NCBI RefSeq assembly: GCF_001447785.1
Contig: NW_015172553.1
Coordinates: 787,737-851,736, forward strand
DNA length: 64,000 bases
Direction of reading: 5' to 3'
Source of the DNA: Gekko japonicus
Taxonomy: Eukaryota
In this document: positions 47,821 through 61,568 of the stretch, piece after piece
Layout: every line of letters starts with the position of its first letter
Position numbering within the stretch: the stretch's first letter is position 1
The notes under the pieces: model-generated
Databases searched by the model: none
Told to the model about the DNA's origin: nothing
What the model saw: the letters and a program-made list of their open reading frames with translations, nothing else
Made by a program: the position numbers and the translations under genes

Positions 47821-50592
47821 ATTATCAACAGTACAGCAGTACTAGAGTTAATTGTTCAACCACTGTCTTGATAGATCTCTTAATCTGGTGTTATTTGAGC
47901 ATGTATATGAGGCTTTACATTGCCTAATTTCGAAAGCAAAGCTATGGTTTCTTGAACAACTGATGAAAAGCAACAACTGAGCTTCTGTGGTTGAAGAGGA
48001 GCAGCTTAACTGCTTGAGAGAGAAAGTGAGGCTTCTTCCAGTTAACTTCCAACCTAGTAACAGGTTTCACCGAGATCAACTGGACCTACTTCCACATTTT
48101 ACTGACACTGAGGAAAATGACACAACAGGGCATTAACAGACAGAGGACAGCCAGCTGAGAGGAAGGAATGCTATAATTCTACCATTTTGCATCACACTCT
48201 CAAATACTGCCACCCTCTCCCTGCTATTACCCTCCATTTACATAAATAAATCCAAAATCATGACGCTTCTATCTTTTAAAAAAACCAACCTGGTACTAAC
48301 AAATAACAAAAATCCCCCAAACAAAACCGTGCACTCTCTGCTTTTGTTCTCCAGCTTTGTTTTATGGAAGGTCTCTTTGTTAACCAAATGGAAACCCTTG
48401 ATAGGTTTCACTATTGTCCTTGGAATATCTTTTGTTTTGTTTTACAGACTAAGCTTCCAATAAGCATCACTGCATAAATGGTCTTTTAGCAATTCTAGTT
48501 ACACTTGCTTGAGAGACTTGCTTACTTGAGAAAAAAAAGCTGATACTGAAAAGCATCCTGAGGGGCTCTGATCTTTCCCTGTGCATTCCAGCACACAATT
48601 CATAGATTATTATTCCTCTAATAGTCCACCACCACTGCCAGAGTGGCAGTCCTGCAAATAAACAAGTCACCAGGATTTCAGGGTAGGATTTTACCTATCA
48701 ATTCCTAATCTACTCCTCATGCATTTCCAGTCAGTACTGACCTAATAAATGAGGTCATCACTTTGGAAGCAGAAAAGGACTCCCAAAGAAATTCTGTGTT
48801 TTCTTTTGCTAATTTGTTGTATTGTTTTACAGATTTTGTAAGCCTTCTTAAAGGCCAAACCTGGTCAGATAGTAGGGTACAAACGTTTAGCGGAATAAAG
48901 GCTATGCAGCTGTTTGCACCATCACCTCCAAACACGCAAATCTGAATCTTCACACTGCATATACCAAGGGTAAGAGTTCGTACTGAACTTCTGGTTTTGT
49001 TCACAATGTTCCTAGCCCTTGGGAGTCCCCCTGAATTTCCAATGTTGAGGGCTCAAAGCACTAACTATATAAGATCTGAACGCCCCTGGAAGTCAATGCA
49101 ATTGGTTCTTACAGAGGGAACCAATTATTTGTCATTTGAGGCAAATCTGTGGATATGATACTCAATCCCTGTCCCCTTCTTTTCTAGACAGGACTGTATG
49201 TTCAATGAAAAAGTAACACAATTGTGCAAGAACTGCAGCATGTGAAAAGAACAAATGGAAAAGAGAACTATGAAACTTCAACACGCTAATTAGTCGTGCA
49301 CTGAGAGACATGAGTAATTGCACACACAAAACCCCAAATGACTACTTTTTAATGAAAATCATTTTTTAAAACGTTAATCTCCAGAGTCTGATCCATTTTG
49401 CTTTAATCTGAAAATGTTGCCTATATCCAAGAATCTTCCACAGAGTCTAATTATAACCTCTCTACTAGCTACTTGCCTCAGAAATTATGCACCACACTGT
49501 CCATGAAAAAAACAAGCCTTAGGAACAGATCAAGGTTGTGTTAAGAGCTTATCTTTGGAGACTAGAGGGATTACAATGTCAGTTTCAAAACGAAGGAATA
49601 AAAAGCGAACAAATGTGTGAACTCATTATTTTTCAAAAGCAAGGATATTAATAAAAGAACACTGCTTGGTATCAATCATATCACTCAGCTTTTACAGAAT
49701 ACATTTGATCTACAAGTTGGCTACATCACCTTCATGCTCCTATCAGAAAGAGATCTATACCTTTAATTCCTAGTCCTTAAAATATAAATTAAAATATATT
49801 TATTGAATATAGTTGAAAATGGTTTGGTAGGAGAACAGTGTTTCTAAGAAAAAGACACAGAAACTCACATCTATCACAAATCAGGTCCCACCATGTCATG
49901 GGAAAGGTATCAGACAAGGAAAGCAGTCCAGCTCTTCATGACCACAGTTGAATTAACCTAAATTTTCAAGTCTTACACACCCATTTTGTTCCAAAGAAAA
50001 CCAGAGATGCAAGACAGACAGAGAGAGAAAGAAGTTACATCTAACAATGTGTTAATAAAGGATCTCTTTTTTAATCAGACAGAAGGTTCTCATTGGGACT
50101 AGCTCATTTCAATCCCTTTATCCTTTCTAACAGTTAATTTGAAAGCAACATCCCTGCAGTAATTAGCTAGATGCTTGCTGTTATATCTCATAGGGAAAGG
50201 CTAGGATGCTATTATTAAATATATAAACAAGGGAGCAAAAGGAGACTAATATCTGCTAGAATACTAAATATCAATATAATGTATGCATAGAAATATTTGC
50301 CAGGAAAGGGAAGAGAGAGAAGAAACAAAAGCAAACAATCTATCATAGGACAAAAGGTTTATGGGTTCGTTGCTGTTTGTAGTTAACATTGTGGGTTAAT
50401 ATAAAATAAAATAGAAATGCTCCAGTGACCCTCAGCAGAGGAGGCACTTGGTAAAAGTACAAAACAAGAATTATAATCGNNNNNNNNNNNNNNNNNNNNN
50501 NNNNNNNNNNNNNNNNNNNNNNNNNNNNNNNNNNNNNNNNNNNNNNNNNNNNNNNNNNNNNNNNNNNNNNNNNNNNNNNNNNNNNNNNNNNN

Positions 50593-51395
50593 AAATATGA
50601 GTGAGGGGGCGCAAGGAGGGCACCTTGGTCTAGAAAATGACGTGAGGGCGTTTCAGTCTCCCGGGGTTCCTCGGTACTTAAGGCCGGGGTGATGCTCAGA
50701 GGACAGGAAAGGGAGGCTCGTCACTGGAGACGGGGGATGTCTCCCCTTTCCCTGCAGGTGAGCAGTGGGCGCTAATAAGAGCAGATGGGCGGGTGGGGAG
50801 TCTCCGCCGCTTGCCCTTCTCCTCTCGCAGCGACCCTTCCCTGCCGGCCGTCTCTCTCACCTGCCATGGCTGGAAACGACTGGAAATGGCGGCGGAGGGA
50901 GGCCCGTCGTCGGGCAGAAGCTGCGCTCCCTCGAACGGCGGCGGCGGCGGCTGAGGCGGCTGAAGCGGTGCGAGAAAGAGCGGCGTCGGGCAGTTCTGGC
51001 GGCCGCAGCGTGGAGAGGAGACGGTGGCGATGCTAAAGGGGAGGAGGGAGGCCGGCCAAGCACCGCCCCTCGCAAGATGGCGCCCACCACGGGCCCTCAG
51101 CCGGCTGGGTAAGCGCTCGGCCGGGGCTCCGCTTTGTGATGGCGACATGCGGCGGTGTGTGGTTGCCATAGCGCGGTTCTCTCGCCTCCTTCCCTCTCCT
51201 ACCTCGGGCTGCCACGGGTGGTACAGAAGGGGGATGCGGCGGCGCCGGCAGGCTCGACTTTTGTGCGCCTGAGGGCTGTTTAAAAATCTCAGCTAGCTGT
51301 TGCGTCAATCCCCAGGTCAGCCGAGGCGATGGCGGTTTAAACTTTGCCTCCGTTGACACTCTATACCGAGGCCTGTTATTTTTCTCCAGCGGCCC
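50593..51395 (-). promoter_or_regulatory. SLC23A2: CpG-island promoter, probably the SLC23A2 exon-1b-type promoter (copy 1)
   Basis: GC/CpG-rich with YY1 motifs (AAATGGCGGC 50884-50893, CAAGATGGCG 51073-51082), GC boxes, a (GGC)n tract and a minus-strand donor. Human SVCT2 has a CpG-rich YY1/Sp1-regulated exon 1b promoter far upstream of the ATG exon. The link to SLC23A2 is inferred from strand and position. Confidence 0.7.
50861..51080 (-). other. SLC23A2: Candidate first (5'UTR) exon, copy 1; TSS approximate
   Basis: Consensus donor CAG|GTGAGA at 50861/50860 inside the CpG island, preceded by ccagccATGGCAG. Confidence 0.6.
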
Positions 51396-52188
51396 TAGAT
51401 ACACTGTGAAAGGTAATTTCAAGAGGGGTGGGACAGCTGTGCATGCCATAGCCATGCATGAAGTTTAACAGCACACCAGGAGATCGGGAGGGAGGGCTTT
51501 TTTCCCCTTAAGGAAGCTTTTATAACCTACTATTGTCCAGAGGATTAATACTACTAACCCAGGTGGTGGGTCATTCTGACAGCGGCGAGAGGAAGGAAGT
51601 GTGCGGCGGTGTGTGGTTGCCATAGCGCGGTTCTCTCGCCTCCTTCCCTCTCCTACCTCGGGCTGCCACGGGTGGTACAGAAGGGGGATGCGGCGGCGCC
51701 GGCAGGCTCGACTTTTGTGCGCCTGAGGGCTGTTTAAAAATCTCAGCTAGCTGTTGCGTCAATCCCCAGGTCAGCCGAGGCGATGGCGGTTTAAACTTTG
51801 CCTCCGTTGACACTCTATACCGAGGCCTGTTATTTTTCTCCAGCGGCGCCGTTGCTGAAAAGATGCCCGAGTGATCGTGGGCAGCCAGAAATTCAGCAGG
51901 CGAGGGATCCAGCACACGCGATCCCATCGAGAAGCGGGAATTGTGGGAAGCTTCGCCGGTTGTGGTTCTGTTTGCTAAGAGGCGACCCCGGGGTGGGTGG
52001 GGGAGCAGCCCAGAAAAGGTGGGGGGGATGTGTCTGCTTGTGAGACGAACTACAGTTTCATGTGTATCTAAATATAGTGCAAAGTATTTGGAAGTCACGT
52101 CTTTAGAGGGTTTTTTTGTCCACAGATTCTTCTGGCAGCTCATCTGCCATAGCCAACCTCACAGAAAAGATGCTAGTAAAAAGGAATG

Positions 52189-53318
52189 AAATATGAGTGA
52201 GGGGGCGCAAGGAGGGCACCTTGGTCTAGAAAATGACGTGAGGGCGTTTCAGTCTCCCGGGGTTCCTCGGTACTTAAGGCCGGGGTGATGCTCAGAGGAC
52301 AGGAAAGGGAGGCTCGTCACTGGAGACGGGGGATGTCTCCCCTTTCCCTGCAGGTGAGCAGTGGGCGCTAATAAGAGCAGATGGGCGGGTGGGGAGTCTC
52401 CGCCGCTTGCCCTTCTCCTCTCGCAGCGACCCTTCCCTGCCGGCCGTCTCTCTCACCTGCCATGGCTGGAAACGACTGGAAATGGCGGCGGAGGGAGGCC
52501 CGTCGTCGGGCAGAAGCTGCGCTCCCTCGAACGGCGGCGGCGGCGGCTGAGGCGGCTGAAGCGGTGCGAGAAAGAGCGGCGTCGGGCAGTTCTGGCGGCC
52601 GCAGCGTGGAGAGGAGACGGTGGCGATGCTAAAGGGGAGGAGGGAGGCCGGCCAAGCACCGCCCCTCGCAAGATGGCGCCCACCACGGGCCCTCAGCCGG
52701 CTGGGTAAGCGCTCGGCCGGGGCTCCGCTTTGTGATGGCGACATGCGGCGGTGTGTGGTTGCCATAGCGCGGTTCTCTCGCCTCCTTCCCTCTCCTACCT
52801 CGGGCTGCCACGGGTGGTACAGAAGGGGGATGCGGCGGCGCCGGCAGGCTCGACTTTTGTGCGCCTGAGGGCTGTTTAAAAATCTCAGCTAGCTGTTGCG
52901 TCAATCCCCAGGTCAGCCGAGGCGATGGCGGTTTAAACTTTGCCTCCGTTGACACTCTATACCGAGGCCTGTTATTTTTCTCCAGCGGCGCCGTTGCTGA
53001 AAAGATGCCCGAGTGATCGTGGGCAGCCAGAGATTCAGCAGGCGAGGGATCCAGCACACGCGATCCCATCGAGAAGCGGGAATTGTGGGAAGCTTCGCCG
53101 GTTGTGGTTCTGTTTGCTAAGAGGCGACCCCGGGGTGGGTGGGGGAGCAGCCCAGAAAAGGTGGGGGGGATGTGTCTGCTTGTGAGACGAACTACAGTTT
53201 CATGTGTATCTAAATATAGTGCAAAGTATTTGGAAGTCACGTCTTTAGAGGGGTTTTTTGTCCACAGATTCTTCTGGCAGCTCATCTGCCATAGCCAACC
53301 TCACAGAAAAGATGCTAG
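52189..53318 (-). promoter_or_regulatory. SLC23A2: Second near-identical copy of the CpG-island promoter/first exon (donor at 52457/52456)
   Basis: 52189-52988 repeats 50593-51392 (offset 1596; identical ORF translations). 51602-52177 repeats 52743-53318 with two visible differences. Confidence 0.7.
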
Positions 53319-53325
53319 CAGGACT

Positions 53326-53531
53326 CAATGTTCCCTCTAAGCTGTGGAGTCTTGTGAGCAAAAATTCTACTTTGTGAGCCACTGGCATTAAAGTTGTGAG
53401 CGAGCGATTTGGTAACGGCATAAATCAGCCTGCTCTGGAGCCATCCTTCCTGAGCGAAGACAAAAATGTGTGAGCCAGAGGCTAAAAAACTGTGAGCTAG
53501 CTCACACTAACTCAGCTTAGAGGGAACACTG
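53326..53531. mobile_element. hAT MITE
   Basis: TIRs caatgttccctctaagctg / cagcttagagggaacactg; flanking tagcagg repeat. Confidence 0.85.
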
Positions 53532-53940
53532 TAGCAGGTAGTAGTTGTAACAGCTAAGGAGCAATGTACAAGGTTGGGGTCCCGGGTGATAACTTACCCA
53601 ACATGCATGCTTCCATGCTGTGGTAAGGCAGGGTTGGTGTGAAGAAATTCCTGCCAAAATTCTTCCCTCATGTCTGCAAGCTACACCTGTCACAATTCCC
53701 TCTTCTACACAACCTATAGGACTCCCAGCCTAGGTTGCATTTGTTCAAGATACAGGTACTGCACAAATAATATTCTTCTAAGTCTTCTCACAAAAAGCTT
53801 AAATAGCCAGACAAATTACAGCAGGCAACTCTGAGGGTTTTTAAAATCACTCCTATGTAAGTATCTAGTTGAGAAATAATAGCTAGGAAACAGCTTGTCA
53901 AATCTGTCAACCAAAAGATTGGTTAAACAACATGGACAGT

Positions 53941-54153
53941 TGGGTTGCCAACCTTTAAGTGGCACCTGGTGATCTCCCCCTATTATAATTGATCTCCAGA
54001 CTGGAGACTCTGTATGACCAAGATCAGTTCCCCTGGAGAAAATGGCTGCTTTGTAGGATTGACTCTGGTATTATACACTGCTGAGGTCCCTTCCCTCCCC
54101 AAGCTCCACCCAAAAATCTCCAGATATTTCCCAACCCAGAGCTGACAACCCTA
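53941..54153. mobile_element. hAT MITE (TAGGGTTGCCA family)
   Basis: tgggttgccaacc...gctgacaacccta. Confidence 0.78.
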
Positions 54154-54239
54154 GTTCTTGCAATAAAGAAAAATAAACAGTGGGGTCCCACAAGGATCAT
54201 TGTTGGGACTGTTATTATTTAATTTATTCATAAGTGATC

Positions 54240-55760
54240 TGGAACTGGGGGTGGGCAACATTCTTCAGAATGGTGAAAACCAAGGCCAACTATGAAGAGC
54301 TCAGGAGGATTTTTCAGATTGGATGAGTGGGCAGCATTATGACAAATGAAGTTGTAAACTGATGTAGGTTAGAACAAGAAATACCAACTTCACATATTTG
54401 CTAAGGGGGTCTGAACATGCTGAGATTGAACAGGAAAGAAACCTTGTGGTCACAGTGGATAGCTTAATGAAAGTGTCAAGCCAGTGGGCTCCAGCAGTGA
54501 GTGAATGAATGAATAATTCATTAATTTCCACGACCAGATACAAGTTCATACAGTAAATCATATTGAAAGTATAGATCAGGGGCTTATATCAGGCTTATAT
54601 CAGGCTTACAGTGGAACTTGCTGTCTTCTGTTTCTTCTTCCAGTTCTGCTGCTGCTGCTGCGTCATCATAGGTTTGCAGCTTACAGATACACACCTGAAC
54701 AGCATACTCAAGATTGCAACAGCACAGACATTTTGGTGCAATAATTCAGAGCAAGAGGTATCAGTTATCAGACACTGATAAATAAATAAAATATTGCAAG
54801 AGTGCTAATGTTTTAAGCATGTTTTTATTTTAAGTAAAAAAACAAACCACCTTTGTGTTTGTGTCCTTTATAAAGTTTATATCTCTGCTACCTGGCATTA
54901 CATTTTATGACACACATGGCCCGGCCCAACAAGGTCTCATTTTTGTCAGATCCAGACCTCATAACAAATGAGTTCGACACCCCTGGTATAGATGTTACAA
55001 CTCTCCAATTAGAAGAGCAGATATTATACTGGAGTAAAATACATATAAAAGCTAATTAAAATAATTAGAATACATATAAATTAATAAGATAACATCATAA
55101 AACCATGTAATTATAAACCTAAAAGTTAATACAGGCACCCCATCAGTGAAAAAGACAAACTCTGTCCTTGGGATTATTAGGGAAAAGATTGAAAATAAAG
55201 TGGCCAATATTATAATGCCCATGTATAGATCTATGGTGTGGCCTCATTTAGAATACTGCATGCAGTTCTGATCACCGTATCTCAAAAAGAGCATTGCAGA
55301 ATTACAAAAAGTAGAGAAGAAGGCAACCAAAAGGATTAGGGGGTTGGACTGAAAAGTCTGGCAGGCATGATAGAAATTTATAAAATAAGGTATGGGGTGG
55401 ACAATGGACATAGAAAACTTTTTCTCTCTTCCTCAAAATACTAGAATTCGAGGGCATCCAATGACGTTAATGGGCCACAAATTCAACACTGACAAAAGGA
55501 AACTCTTCTTTACACAACAAGCAATTAAAATGTGGAATTCATTGCCAGAGGATGGAGCAACGGCCACAGGCACTGTTTTAAAAGGGGCTGCAGAGATTCA
55601 TGAAGTTAAGCTACTAGCCATTGTGAATAGAGGGAAACTCCATATTCAGCGGCAGTAAACCTCTGAATACTGGTGCTAGAAGGCAACATCAGGGGAGGCC
55701 TTGGCCTCTATGCCCTGTTGCTGGGCCTGATCCAGCAGGGTTCTTCATATGTTCTTATGA
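54240..55760 (+). mobile_element. Old CR1 (54240-54500 + 55140-55760) with nested inserts
   Basis: FFSLPQNTRIRGHPMTL...FFTQQAIKMWNSLP; tail tatgttcttatg. Confidence 0.8.
54577..54985. mobile_element. hAT (Charlie-like) element, internally deleted
   Basis: cagggg...gttcgacacccctg with perfect 8-bp TSD GTATAGAT (54569-54576, 54986-54993). Confidence 0.88.
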
Positions 55761-58700
55761 CAGTTTCTGAGCATTCCAGGTGATTACAGAAAGCTGAGTG
55801 AAGTGTTACATACTAAGTAAGCGAGAAATTGTCTTTTTTAGAGCAATTCAATCTCAAATGCTGGAAGTATACTTTCAAGTTGCACAAGAGAATGAAAAAC
55901 CCAAGATAACCTAGGATTTGGCCCTTCCCACTTCAACAATACTATCAAGGAATTCAGTTCAGTACTAACCTTTCCCTTTAGGCCACACTTGTAGCATTGT
56001 TCTTGATTTCCAAGATAAATTTGACTGATTCCCAAGATAAATGTGGCTGACCAGCCAAACAGGTTTGGAGAATTCCTTGTCTAAGTGCCCTTCAGCAAAT
56101 GTCTTCATCAGTAGGTTGTATCCCCTGATTGAGCCAGAGCCTCCCCCGTTGTTGCTGCTGAACTAGGAGGCAAGGCAGCCATGATATCTCACACTCGTGA
56201 GCTGCATGCCATCACCCTGCAGCAACACACCCAAAGTCCTCATTATACAAGGTAGAAGTGGCACAAAATGGACTGGAGAAGCTGGGGCTGCCTTCCAATT
56301 CAGCCAGAGTAAAGGTAAAATATTAATTTCTGAGTGAGGTACAACTTGTCAATGCTATCCTGAAGAGTTGGGGTTCACAATGGAATATGAGGTCCATATT
56401 CTTCATAGCAATTTGAGCCATGAAGGTTGCAGTCGTAAACATACTAGCTTTGAATTAACCCCATTGCTTCCAAGTAAATATCTATAGGCTTGGGGCTGTC
56501 TCCAACAGTGCCATCCTAAACAGAGTTATACCCTTCTAAACTCATTGGCTTCAATGACTTCAGCTCTCTTTGGCACTGATAAACTGCCCTTTGATGTTCT
56601 CTTATCTGCATTTATTAGGGGGGCTTGTTATTATCACATGCTGAATCAGAGGCAAAATCATCCCCATTCTGGAAGAGTACACAAATATAATCTGAAGCAC
56701 AGTTCAAGTGTTCTTTCCCATGCAAGTGCATAGATTTGGCACTTCAGAACTGCTGTTTGTATTGGCTGCTCAGTAAGACCACAGTTCTAACAATACTAAT
56801 TTTCATACGTCGATATGGTCTTTGCAAAGGAATTATAATATTTGAAGTGGCCTTCAGGGGGAAAAAGAGAAATGTTCTCTAGGCCAGTGGCATCTGCTTC
56901 AGTCCACTACATCATTCGACTCTGACCTTCAGTTGATCTTTCAACCACTGCTAAATATTTGCTGTTGGCAGAGAATTCAGTTACTTCTACACTATTACTT
57001 ATTATAAGATAATAAGAGCCTGCCATGAGACTCAGAGTACAAGAAGGGTGTACACCAATACAGAAACGTGCAGAAGACACTGAACTCTCTCAGGAGACAC
57101 CAAGCTGCTTGAAGATATCACAGTGATGTACCCAAGCACCCCTCTCTGTGTGAGAGAGGACTATATAAACATAATTAAAACAGAAAAGGACTACAGATTC
57201 CACAGTTTGTAGCAGAATGATCCTATTAACTTGCAAAGGATCCTGCTCTTCTGCCTTGATCATTTGGTAGGATGTTCCACTGAGGTCACTGGGATTTACT
57301 TCTAAATTAAGGGTCCATGATAGCATCTGGTGATGACTACTGCACTGGGCTGTTGGGTCTACTTTTCTCTGCCCTGCAGTGCTAAAAGTACAAAGTAAAA
57401 GATAGCTGACTAATCAAAGTTGATATGGAGATTCAGGAAAATGTTAATTTCATACCATCCCAGATGTAGGGTGTCTACAGATACCATATTTACCTAAAAG
57501 GAAGACAAACCTGAATGTAATGTAACTCCCATGAAAATGTTACACACACAAAAAAAATATTACTGTCCATAACTGTAATTGTATGTGAATGTAAGATGAC
57601 CACCCCTTTAATGGCATGCTTGGGGGGGAATTAGTAAATACTGTGTTTTACTTCAACTAGCATAGAGTGGGGAAAATAGGAACAATAGTCTTTGCTACCA
57701 GCATGGCTAGGATCCAGAGAACTAGTTTAGGTGCACTTCAGGGTCTGTAGGCACTTAGTAGGATTTTGGACTTTCCCCCCTTTTTACATCATAAATGGTT
57801 GTTGAAACTCTCCTGATTTTTAAAAACAGTCCAGTGTGCAGTGTAATAGGTACATGAGGGTAGGAGTCAAAGCTGTCATTTAACAAATGTAAATCCAGCA
57901 CCATTTGAGTATAAAGAACTAACTGCATAATTCTTTGGCACCTAGCCTCTATCTCCTAGACCAGAGAGAAACAATTTGGGAAGAGGGGGCAATATGATTT
58001 ATCATCCAGCTGTTTGGAGAGCTGGTTCATTAGTGGTGGTCATAATGGTCATAATGTCAGGGAGCACTATCCTACAGACTGTTAATTTGATTATATTTTA
58101 TATTGCCCAGTGATTTATACTGCCTAGTATAATTTACTTCAGAAAACACCTGTAGCCAGCCCACTTATGTACCTGATTGTCCCTGCTTAAAGAGCCACAA
58201 TGAAAATGTACTGCAGGTGGGCAGTAGCACAGCACTGTGCCATGGGGTGTTCACCATTAGTCTACCTTGGTCACCTTGACTGAATATTTGCTTATGTAGG
58301 CCAGAAATGATATATTGTCATCTGGATCGGCACACAGGGAACACAACCCTTAGGGAGAATGCAAACCTTCACAACAGCAGAGAAGGAGAAGACAGCACAG
58401 TCTTTGCTACCAGGATGGCTAGGATTCATCCCAGAAAAGGAAGGGAATCTCTCTAGTGGCATAACACAGGAAGCATACACAAAAGGACCTTTACTCCTTT
58501 ACGTGATGTCATATGGGGGACAGTCCTCCTCTCAGGTTTGACCAGCCATTGGGCAATACAGCCCTTAACTGCAGACGCTAATCCTAGTTAACAACACATA
58601 CAATATCTACTCCGAGACTTATAATTAGGGATACACTCCTTGTGAAAGCTTGGGTTGTTGGGTGTCCATCGGGCATTGGTCAGAGGTTGGGAACATATAC

Positions 58701-61288
58701 CATGAAGTCATCAGAAGCAGTATGTTCCAACAACTCTGTTGCATAAGAACTTGGACGCCAGGCAAGTAGTATCTCCAGGAGGGGAACTATTTTGTAAATC
58801 AAAACCAAGAATAATCCACACTGAACACATTTGTGCAAATAACATGATCAAGGAAGTATCTAGGCATTGCATATTGTACCAAATATTGCAGGGTTAAAAT
58901 ACAAATAGCATAATTCTAGCTAGCCTACACTGCCAGTATTCAGTTGGAACTGCATGCTGACAGAACAAAAGCAATTTCTTCTGGACTGAAGACTAATTTG
59001 ATTACTAGGTAGGAAAGTTGGCAGTAAAAAATACTGCTTACCATTTCTACAACATTATGAGAACCTTTCTGCTCACTCTGGGCTTGATTGATCATCACAT
59101 ATTAGACAGCTCAAATCAAATTCATTTAGACTTCCCTGTTATTGCTGTTGCCTGATTGTATAATCCTTGTTCTCTTTGTGTTTGTATCTCAACAGGGGAC
59201 TGTATTAGCATTTGTCTGTTCTACAGAAAAGAATGTTAATTTTCATTATCAAGCACTCCTTGAATATTTCAAGTAAGTTTCACTTCAAAATCTTACCATC
59301 AGTTAGCATCCTATCAAATATCACCAATTGAAAATGGAAATTCAGGTCTATTTTGACCCATGTTATTGTGAACCAAAACATGAGATTATTCTGTACATAT
59401 ACTTTTGAATTCAGTTAATTAATTTGAGTGGAGGTAATAAGTTGGTGTGTGCTTATTTTGTCATTGATAGTATTGTTGATTGTTTGTTATAGTAAAAAAT
59501 GTTATGCCTTAACAAGTACAATTAAACAATGTTACCATGCACTCCAATATGACCAGTTTTGAGTTTTATTTTTGGTTATCATTTAGTTGTCAAAGTCATC
59601 CTGTTTTTTAAGCCTCTTTAAAATGGCTTAGTTTTACCATATGAAGGAAGAAGTAGACCATATCGCTGAGGATAAATTAGAATGCAGCTGGATTTACGGA
59701 TAGATAGAAACAGATGTTTCTCTTCTCAATAGATGTAAGCAAAGAAATTGATTAAATAAGTGGACGTAATGATAGGTTTGTTTTGGAGAGCGTAATGTTT
59801 CTATACTTGATTAATTCCTGGAAACTGTTACCTTTGGCCACATTTATTGGGATAAGCAACAATGGGCTCAGATTTATTCCTTAATTCTCCATGCACGCAC
59901 TTGGAAGTAAGTGCCATTAATTTAAGTGAAAGTTATTCAAGCAGATCTGCTGAGGACTGCATAACCTGGGAGGAGTTTTATTAAAAGGATGCAAAACCAC
60001 ATCAGTTCCCCTTTCTAAAAGCAATTCAACATGTATTAAAATATTTATATCCCACATCTCCTTAATTTCAGACAGCTAAGAAACAAATCAAAACAGCAAA
60101 TCTACAAAATAAAACTGTGAACTTAGAACAAACAGCCATAAAAACAGCTTAGCAAGAACAACTGGGACGAATAACAGCCAGAGCTTATGACAAAAGAAAT
60201 AATCAAGAACATCATCCAACGCAAGCCACTTCCTCTTGGTATGATGGCATTCACTATGATGCAATTGGACTTTCTGATAATTATACCACAATGTTTATAC
60301 CAACATAGCACATCTGCAGTTTTTAAAGGAAGAAATCTGTACTGTATGGAAAATACAGTATGAAGAAATCTGTACTGTATGAACAATGCACACCATTCTA
60401 AACTCCTTGGAAAATCCAGAAGCAACTCAACTGTAATGAGATGAGAGGGCATTCTGAAAATCCTGAAAATTATAATCAAAATATTTTTAAAATTGTTACT
60501 ATGAAAAGAAAATCAGATTTTTATGGCCTGTAAAGTAAGAAGCAGAAGACATGTAAGAATAGATCTAAAAGCCAGATAGGGCACAAAACTTTGTAGTCAC
60601 ATCTTTTTTTAGCATAGGCGTTCAGAATTAAAGAGACCAGCGTGAAGGCCAGTATAGACGTCTTGGTGAAACAAGCCCCAAGTCTGCACCTTAAGTCCCA
60701 AAGATCTTTATTTAAAAGAAAAAAGAATCCAGCCTTCCCAGGGACTGAAAACTACAATAAGGATTGGCTAAAGAGACTCATCCTGGGCCAATACAAAAAA
60801 AGTTAAAGACTGTCAGTCACAATATGTATGTAAATCAGATTTGGGAACTTGTTGTCAATAGAAGTGACTGAACTTGAGGCTCATGGTTTATTCATGATTT
60901 TAGTTTGACTAAAGATATAGGTAACCTCACCTCATACTTGTAGAGTGGTTAGGAAGGAAAAGCATTTCCCACGTTCATCACATCAGCATAATCCTGAAAT
61001 GTATTTAACTAGAATTGTGGAGACTTAGGTTCAAATTTACACCCTGCCATAAAGCTTCCTGTGTGATCTTGGTCCAGACACTTTTGCTAAGCCTAAACGG
61101 TCTCACGGTGTTGTTGTGAGGATAAAACAAAAGAAGAGAGAACCAGCCCAGAACCATGTTTTCCATCCTGAGTTCATTGGAAGAAGGGATGAATAAAAAT
61201 GTAATAGCAACAAACTGGCAATTAGAATGGGGAAGATTAGAAAACAAAGGATTATAAAACCAACATAGAGGAAGGAATATAAAGTGTG

Positions 61289-61566
61289 AGTCCAGTTTGG
61301 TGTAGTGGTTAAGTGTGCGGACTCTAATCTGGGAGAACCGGGTTTGATTCCCCACTCCTCCACTTGCACCTGCTGATGTGACCTTGGGTCAGTCACAAGC
61401 TCTGGCACAGCTGTCCTTGAAAAAGAGCAGTTTGTGTCAGAGTTCTCTCAGCCCCACCCACCTCACAGGGTGTCTGTTGTGGGGAGGGGAAGGGAAAGGA
61501 GTTTGTAAGCCGTTCTGAGACTTCAAGTGAAGGGCGGGGTATAAATCCAATCTCCTCTTCTTCTTC
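61289..61566 (+). mobile_element. Full-length tRNA-derived Squam3-like SINE
   Basis: Box A tggtgtagtggtt, box B ggtttgattcc, L2-like 3' end and (TCT)n tail. An older copy lies at ~61005-61205. Confidence 0.85.
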
Positions 61567-61568
61567 TC

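Noticed and set aside
50696-53340. Many Arg/Pro/Gly-rich ORFs
   Set aside because: Expected in a GC-rich CpG island; no recognisable domain, and they are duplicated with the promoter.
61289-61360. tRNA gene
   Set aside because: SINE head with A/B boxes; it continues into the SINE body and tail.
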